Source: Ignavibacteria bacterium RIFOXYC2_FULL_35_21
GTDB taxonomy: Bacteria > Bacteroidota > Ignavibacteria > Kapaibacteriales > UBA2268
Direction: 5' to 3'
DNA length: 64,000 bases
NCBI GenBank assembly: GCA_001804705.1
Contig: MHAY01000005.1
Span: 11,433-75,432 of the forward strand
Shown here: piece after piece, positions 58,673-64,000 of the stretch
Numbering within the stretch: position 1 is the stretch's first letter
Layout of the letters: every line of letters starts with the position of its first letter
The notes under the pieces: generated by a model
Databases searched by the model: none
What the model was told of the DNA's origin: nothing
The model's input: only the letters and a program-made list of their open reading frames with translations
Made by a program: the position numbers and the translations under genes

Positions 58673-59395
58673 TTAATTGTCAATATAACAACTAAAACCA
58701 CAAGGAGAAGGTGGCCCAATGAGCCATTCAGGTCCATAACCCTCGAAGGGATTGTATAAAGGTGATTTATTTCTGCAATCCCCTTCAGTGACATATTGAG
58801 TAGTAGGTTTACCAATCAATTCAGGACTATTTGTATTCCTATTCCAACACCATATCGCTTCTGTAACACAACAACCATTTTCTTCACAAGGAGTATATTT
58901 CAAATGAATCCAACTATATTGTTCTCCTGGGCCAGGCAGTTTCATTGCCCATCTCCAGGAATTACAGCCTCCAGGAGTTATAGTTTTACATGTATATGTG
59001 TTTGGGCAAATATAATCATTAGGATGTTGAAAGTGATAAGCAGTAAAATAATCCCTCGATATTTGTTCAAAAGCACTTCTCCACATTATTGCTAAATTTC
59101 TCCCATCTGCATAATTGCCAAAAGGAACAAGAAAATAATAAACTGCTTCACATTCTGGAGTCCAGAAAAAAGATATCGTACTTAAACTAAAATATGTAAT
59201 ACCATCACAAACCATATAATCCCATTCAATTTCAATATCGCAACCTGGGAAATTTGGGTCATTATATGTAGTATTACCACCTGTATGCCAATAGTCACAA
59301 TTTGTTCCGGTAATATCGCAAGGGTCCTGTGCTTTTACCTGTCCAATAATTGCAAACAATGCAATCATAACTGTTAATAATAAAAATTTTTTCAT
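58673..59395 (-). CDS. Hypothetical secreted Cys/Trp-rich protein
   Basis: Signal peptide MKKFLLLTVMIALFAIIGQVKA; about 14 Cys, many Trp/Tyr; no CTD. Confidence 0.5.
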   Translation of the reverse strand: MKKFLLLTVMIALFAIIGQVKAQDPCDITGTNCDYWHTGGNTTYNDPNFPGCDIEIEWDYMVCDGITYFSLSTISFFWTPECEAVYYFLVPFGNYADGRNLAIMWRSAFEQISRDYFTAYHFQHPNDYICPNTYTCKTITPGGCNSWRWAMKLPGPGEQYSWIHLKYTPCEENGCCVTEAIWCWNRNTNSPELIGKPTTQYVTEGDCRNKSPLYNPFEGYGPEWLIGPPSPCGFSCYIDN

Positions 59396-59439
59396 AAAAC
59401 ACCTTAAAATTGTTATTAAAGAGAAAAATTAATATTATT

Positions 59440-59630
59440 GTCTTAATTTTGCTCTTATCCGCATTAAAGGTACAAACTGTAAGTGCGGATAAGAGACTCC
59501 GTGCTCAGCCAGTGGGAGCAATCCCACTGGTTTTATTTTATCTGCTAATGCTCGTCAGTTGACATGTTTCGCTGATTATCTTGCTGTAAATTGAATGTTG
59601 CATATACCTCCTTTTTTTTTGTTTAATAAA
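59440..59630 (-). promoter_or_regulatory. Candidate 5' leader of the 58673..59395 gene: AGGAGG RBS, a 21-codon ORF (MQHSIYSKIISETCQLTSISR), then two strong hairpins
   Basis: Minus strand: AAAAAAAAAGGAGGTATATGCAACAT...; hairpins ccagtgggattgctcccactgg and ctcttatccgca-N19-tgcggataagag; locally GC-richer than flanks. Confidence 0.35.
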
Positions 59631-59788
59631 TATATTAATTTTTATATGTCTCATTTCGCAGTGCTGTCCTTGCTTTTCTGGTTATGCTATTATTTATAAT
59701 TTTAATAATCCAACTCCTCAATCGGAATTTACTGTTTTTATCAATACCAGTCAATAGTGACAAAATCTACTGACAATTTCTACTGACA

Positions 59789-60046
59789 TTATCTCTCCCA
59801 AATTTTTTCTAAATAACTTTTGTACCGGGTTTGATTCTTATCATCATTCTGCAATTGTGTCTTACATTCGTATGCACTTACACCTGTACATCTTTTGAAT
59901 GCACGCCTAAATGTTCTTATGTTTGAATATCCTGCTTTCGAGGATATTCTATTTATTGATATGTAATCTCCCTTCAATTGTGCTAAAACAAACTCCATAC
60001 GTAGATTTTCTAAAATTTTAGAAGGGCACAAATTCTTTGGGTACAT
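59789..60046 (-). pseudogene. Truncated AraC-family HTH gene (only the C-terminal HTH half, 85 aa)
   Basis: ISINRISSKAGYSNIRTFRRAFKRCTGVSAYE is the second HTH of AraC/XylS regulators; no N-terminal sensor domain. Confidence 0.45.
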
Positions 60047-60150
60047 GAAAATTCTGCAAATATGATATTATATTATAATTTTCCCGGTACATAAATATCC
60101 TTAATAATTTATTACACTATTTTTTTTCAAATCTTAATTCATCATCATTT

Positions 60151-60507
60151 TTATTTCCTCGTTAATACATTACCATCATACTTGAAAAATTTATTTAAGA
60201 CCGATGCTTTATAAGAATTCAGGATGTCTTCAATGTCCTTGATTGTGTGTGCATCCAGGATTTGCACTATGTAGCTGTCCAGCATAACGAGGGTCTCCTC
60301 CGAAACAGCAACGGTTCTGTTTTTTACATCCTGATTTAATATTTCAAAAGCATAGCCTGTGGCAATTACCATATCATGGAAATGCCTGTCGTTGAATAAA
60401 TCGTTACTTGCCAAACAGGCAGGGTCTCCGCCTCTTTGAATAGCTCTGCCTTTATTATGCTTAAAGCCGAAAGCTATGCGAATAAAAAATTCCCAATCTA
60501 ATGTCAT
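60151..60507 (-). CDS. Hypothetical small cytoplasmic protein (118 aa)
   Basis: Protein-like composition, no recognised motif; second gene of a two-gene pair downstream of the T9SS paralog. Confidence 0.4.
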   Translation of the reverse strand: MTLDWEFFIRIAFGFKHNKGRAIQRGGDPACLASNDLFNDRHFHDMVIATGYAFEILNQDVKNRTVAVSEETLVMLDSYIVQILDAHTIKDIEDILNSYKASVLNKFFKYDGNVLTRK

Positions 60508-60529
60508 CTATACTCCATTATAATATTAG

Positions 60530-60790
60530 TTAGTTGATAACAGCTATTGCATTTTTAAGCTTTTTATATAATTCCTTTCCCTTGTCAGTAAAGTCCAGGT
60601 AATGATATTCAACAATTTGTTCTTCGGTGAAATTTTTTCCATTGATAATGATGTAACCGGCTTTTTCGAGCTGAAGCAAAAATTTTGAATTTAATATTTT
60701 ATTTAACCCCGGCTCAAAAAACAATCCCCAGCCTTTTGTCTTAGCGATTTTATCGAGAATAATATATAAAAAAATGTCCTGTTTGTTCAT
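60530..60790 (-). CDS. Hypothetical small protein (86 aa)
   Basis: Protein-like composition; 23-bp spacing from the next gene. Confidence 0.4.
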   Translation of the reverse strand: MNKQDIFLYIILDKIAKTKGWGLFFEPGLNKILNSKFLLQLEKAGYIIINGKNFTEEQIVEYHYLDFTDKGKELYKKLKNAIAVIN

Positions 60791-60870
60791 ATTTATAACT
60801 TCCTCATTATTTAATAAACCTCAACACAAAACTTAAAACACAACACTCAAAATTCAACATTTTATTAGGC

Positions 60871-61536
60871 TCACCTCACATACATCACTCTCTTCGTTAA
60901 TACTTTTTCTCTTGCAATGAAGCGAAGCAGATACATTCCACTTGGCTCTAATGACATATCAAAAGAAAACTGAGACCAGCCCTCTACGTTCTGCAAATGT
61001 GAAATTATTTTCCCTTCCAAACTGCAAAGCAAAACAGATTGCACATCAATCTCTGCTTTCTTAGTTATAAGAAGTGTGCTTCCCATTTGTTGTGTGTAAA
61101 AATAATTATCAGCTTCTTCGTAGGTTTTATGGTCGCTGCTTTGTTCTGTGTAATCTTCAAGTATAGCTTTTGATATTTGATTGTCGTAATATAGTTTGTG
61201 TGTGTATTTGAAACTGTTTGTGTCATAAATGAGAATTGTGAAATTCTTAGCTGCGATACTGCCTTGAGTGAGATATGCTGATTGATTTTCATTAATTTCA
61301 TTAACTGAATTTATTGATAAAGAAAATGCAACCGGTTGATTCACACAACCATTATGAATAAGAATATCATAAATATTGTCGCTATTTGCATCGATGAGCC
61401 AAATTTTTGTTCCCAAATCGCAATTATCAGATGAATTTAATAATGACAAGGATAGTGGCTGCTTAGCAAACAAATGTGATAAGCAAATTGAAAAAATAAA
61501 TAATATTAAGAATTTCGTTTTCATAAAAAACCTCAT
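60871..61536 (-). CDS. Small secreted T9SS cargo protein (221 aa), paralog of 55098..55757
   Basis: Signal peptide; variable N-terminal domain (WLIDANSDNIYD); C-terminal half near-identical to the paralog, including the CTD. Confidence 0.6.
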   Translation of the reverse strand: MRFFMKTKFLILFIFSICLSHLFAKQPLSLSLLNSSDNCDLGTKIWLIDANSDNIYDILIHNGCVNQPVAFSLSINSVNEINENQSAYLTQGSIAAKNFTILIYDTNSFKYTHKLYYDNQISKAILEDYTEQSSDHKTYEEADNYFYTQQMGSTLLITKKAEIDVQSVLLCSLEGKIISHLQNVEGWSQFSFDMSLEPSGMYLLRFIAREKVLTKRVMYVR

Positions 61537-61541
61537 ATAAA

Positions 61542-63635
61542 CTATTTTACCAAAACAAAAGATTTAGAATAAATACCCTGCCTGTCCTGTAACACAATAT
61601 AATATACACCGCTTGTCAACGATGATAAATTCAGTTCTAATACTTTATTTCCATAAATTAGCTGTGCAGACCTTGTTAAATCAGCAAGCTCAATACCCAT
61701 TGAATTGTATAATTTTAGACCTAAAACATTAAATGGTTCAAAATTAAATCGTATAATACACCTTTCTGATGCAGGATTGGGGAATATGGACAGTCCAACT
61801 TTGTTTAGGTTTGGATAAAAATCATTTACACCAACCGTTAACACAGTTGTAAAGGCATAAACACCATTACCGGACGATGTGTCATTATTTTTAGACTGAA
61901 GATAAACCCAGTAAGTTGTATTTGGTTCAAGAAGTGTTGAATCAAGCAGGTAAAAGTTTACTACTATATTTGTATCTGTTTTAATTAACACAGGAATCGG
62001 TGGATAAGGAGGATTTGGATTTAATATTTTATAAAGAATCATAACATATTTTGTTGCTCCCGGTACACTGTCCCATCGTAATGTTGTATTAACAGGAATG
62101 CCTGAATCATTCAGAGCCGGATAAGTTAATAATGGAGGATAGAGAGCACCTTCGTGAGTTATCGTCCAAAATAAAGGATATTCAAAAGACCAATCACTTT
62201 CCGTGGTGTCGGCAATTGCTTTTATCCAGCAATTATAATAAGAATTGTAATTGAGATTGTTCAGGACAATTGTAGTATCTGAAATTAATGTATCTAAATC
62301 GGGATTATCGAAACTTGCAAGCCCTGTCTCATTAATTGCTCCCGATATCCTAAACCTATATTTCTTGGCATTGTTTATAGATGTCCAACTTAATTGGACA
62401 TTATTCACAGTTTTATATTGGCGATTCACAGGACTATAAAAATGTGGGGGATATAAGACTAATTTATTTTCTGTTATTAGAACAAAATTTTGTTTAGCTA
62501 AAGCCACTGCAAAATCTATTGAAGGGTAGATAATACCAGCAAAACCCTCTTGATCTTGGGAAATGTCGGGATAATTTTCTGAAAAAGGGAATAATTCCTG
62601 CACCCAAGATTCCCCTCCGTCATTTGTTTTAAAAATCGAACCCCAAAATTCAGTTAAAAATCCGTTTAATGAATCGCAAAAATCAATATCCGAATACTTA
62701 TAAGTCGTATTTCTAAAATGAATTTTAAACTGTAAATTTATATTGTCAATTACACGCCAGTTTTCACCACCATCGTTTGATTTTAATATGTGATGAGTTT
62801 CTTTAGTATTATCATTATATCGTCCAAAGCCAATTATCTTATCTTTTGTTAAGAATTTATATCCTTGTAAGATATAATTTTCTAATTTATAATTTTGCCA
62901 ACTTTTCCCTCCGTCTGATGAACGATAGAAAATAGTATTGCGGTCTTCGACTTTTTTACAAGCTAATATTTCTGGAGAAAAAGCTTTCAATTTATATACA
63001 TCTTCTGGTAAAGGTAAACTATTATAAGTTTTCCAGCAATCATTTGTTATACGTAAACTATCATGGAGAGTATCTTTTCTGTTAAAGTAATTGTCATGTT
63101 CATATTTTATCATAACACCATTTATTGAATCGAACATGATTACAGAGCCTAAAGTTACATTTGAATCAAGAATTTTTCTTTGGAATGTATTTCCTCCGTC
63201 AGTAGAAATTATCATCAAGCTGCTATATCTATCCCATGTTGAATTTTCATAATACCCCAGATAAGTTCGGTTATATCCTACAGCGATTATCACATTCTCT
63301 GAAGGATGTGCAAGACTATTAATTTCATCAAGTCCGTAAATAGAATCATAATCAGTATAATGTCCATGAATAGTATCATAATAAATAACCTTGTGATTTT
63401 TGCCATCATTATTATAAAGTTTTATTTCAAAACTATAATAATGAAATCCACTTGGATACACCCTATCTATATTTTCCCAAATTATGAAATCATTCTTGTT
63501 ATTAACACTTATAAAGCCGTAACTCAAATCTGTTGAATCTAAATACTCCCATTTCGTTATGTTTTGGGAATAAAGCTCCGCAGAGTTGATGTTCATAATA
63601 AATGCAATGCTCATTAAGCTGAAAATTGATTTCAT
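61542..63635 (-). CDS. Secreted BNR/Asp-box repeat protein with fibronectin-III-like domains and T9SS CTD
   Basis: Asp-box motifs SSDGGKSW, SNDGGENW, TNDGGESW; C-terminal SGVYYIVLQDRQGIYSKSFVLVK. Confidence 0.65.
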   Translation of the reverse strand: MKSIFSLMSIAFIMNINSAELYSQNITKWEYLDSTDLSYGFISVNNKNDFIIWENIDRVYPSGFHYYSFEIKLYNNDGKNHKVIYYDTIHGHYTDYDSIYGLDEINSLAHPSENVIIAVGYNRTYLGYYENSTWDRYSSLMIISTDGGNTFQRKILDSNVTLGSVIMFDSINGVMIKYEHDNYFNRKDTLHDSLRITNDCWKTYNSLPLPEDVYKLKAFSPEILACKKVEDRNTIFYRSSDGGKSWQNYKLENYILQGYKFLTKDKIIGFGRYNDNTKETHHILKSNDGGENWRVIDNINLQFKIHFRNTTYKYSDIDFCDSLNGFLTEFWGSIFKTNDGGESWVQELFPFSENYPDISQDQEGFAGIIYPSIDFAVALAKQNFVLITENKLVLYPPHFYSPVNRQYKTVNNVQLSWTSINNAKKYRFRISGAINETGLASFDNPDLDTLISDTTIVLNNLNYNSYYNCWIKAIADTTESDWSFEYPLFWTITHEGALYPPLLTYPALNDSGIPVNTTLRWDSVPGATKYVMILYKILNPNPPYPPIPVLIKTDTNIVVNFYLLDSTLLEPNTTYWVYLQSKNNDTSSGNGVYAFTTVLTVGVNDFYPNLNKVGLSIFPNPASERCIIRFNFEPFNVLGLKLYNSMGIELADLTRSAQLIYGNKVLELNLSSLTSGVYYIVLQDRQGIYSKSFVLVK

Positions 63636-63797
63636 GGTATTTCTCCAATTATTTGAAATAATTTGTTATGTTTCAAAATACAATAACAATAAAAAAGATA
63701 AAATGTTACAATTGAATAAATTATTTTCTTCATGATTTTTATTATCATAGGGGCCAGGCAATCCTGTCCCCTATGATATACCACGTTCGTTTAGTTC

Positions 63798-64000
63798 TCA
63801 CTCACAATAATTAAAACAATTTTGTGGATCGTAACATGGAACTGAAGTATAACAAGATACTTTTCTTGCAACTGCTTTTAAATTACCCCCTTCATTAACA
63901 ACATTAACAGCCCAAAAGCACCAGCAACATGATGTTTCATCACAAGGTATTAAATAAGGCTGCTCACCGCCTCCAGGTCCGGGAATCGGGCCGCTCCATC
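63798..64000 (-). CDS. 3' end of a Cys-rich secreted protein gene running off the window
   Basis: Open minus-strand frame ...GPGGGEQPYLIPCDETSCCWCFWAVNVVNEGGNLKAVARKVSCYTSVPCYDPQNCFNYCE* with no start inside the window. Confidence 0.35.
   Translation of the reverse strand, partial: WSGPIPGPGGGEQPYLIPCDETSCCWCFWAVNVVNEGGNLKAVARKVSCYTSVPCYDPQNCFNYCE

Overview
The window is an AT-rich (roughly 33-36% GC) chromosomal segment from a bacterium of the FCB group (Bacteroidota/Ignavibacteriota-like). The phylum assignment rests on many proteins that end in type IX secretion (T9SS) C-terminal sorting domains.

Gene content in order:
- 1-14.9 kb: 5' end of an Fe/Mn superoxide dismutase gene, an IscA-like protein, a 2Fe-2S ferredoxin, then two very large tandem paralogous Kelch-propeller T9SS cargo proteins with a co-oriented FkbM methyltransferase. 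A complete suf Fe-S assembly operon follows (Rrf2/IscR-like regulator, sufB, sufC, sufD, sufS, sufU, a four-helix-bundle insert, DUF59/SufT).
- 15-24.4 kb: an OmpA-family protein, a C1 peptidase, small membrane proteins, an outer-membrane-like protein whose 5' end carries a 42-bp x4 tandem repeat, a lipoprotein, and an orphan AmmeMemoRadiSam-type radical SAM enzyme.
- 24.9-33 kb: housekeeping genes (ECF sigma factor, RsfS, ArgRS, CDGSH protein, a sensor kinase, the H+-pyrophosphatase HppA).
- 33.1-37.3 kb: a markedly more AT-rich islet bounded by two degenerate copies of the 3' end of a thioredoxin-family gene. It holds an HTH protein with iteron-like repeats, three unknown membrane or beta-rich proteins and a DUF2283 gene.
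- 37.8-43.1 kb: an MsbA-like ABC exporter, an orphan antitoxin-like gene, a VWA membrane protein, pirin and tRNA-Pro(CGG).
- 43.5-54.9 kb: an 11.5-kb co-oriented Che-like chemosensory cluster (CheW, CheR-TPR, CheW, MCP, CheA-REC, CheB) that ends in a 1038-aa REC-PAS-GAF-PAS-HK-REC hybrid kinase.
- 55-64 kb: a block of T9SS cargo genes. It contains two about 220-aa paralogs with near-identical 3' halves as direct repeats 5.7 kb apart, a leader-peptide/hairpin element, a truncated AraC gene and a two-gene small-protein module.

Intergenic regions are saturated with three families of dispersed repeats: GGGGCAG...CTGCCCC hairpins, GGGGGATTAAGGGGG/CCCCCTTTGTAAAAGGGGG elements, and a MITE-like element with ATGAATAGCC terminal inverted repeats. 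There are also 7-8-bp-period microsatellites, the longest about 230 bp of (CATTTTR)n.

No CRISPR array or rRNA gene is present. All functional calls are from motif-level reading of the translations, with no database search. Coordinates read by hand from the printed sequence may be off by 1-2 nt.
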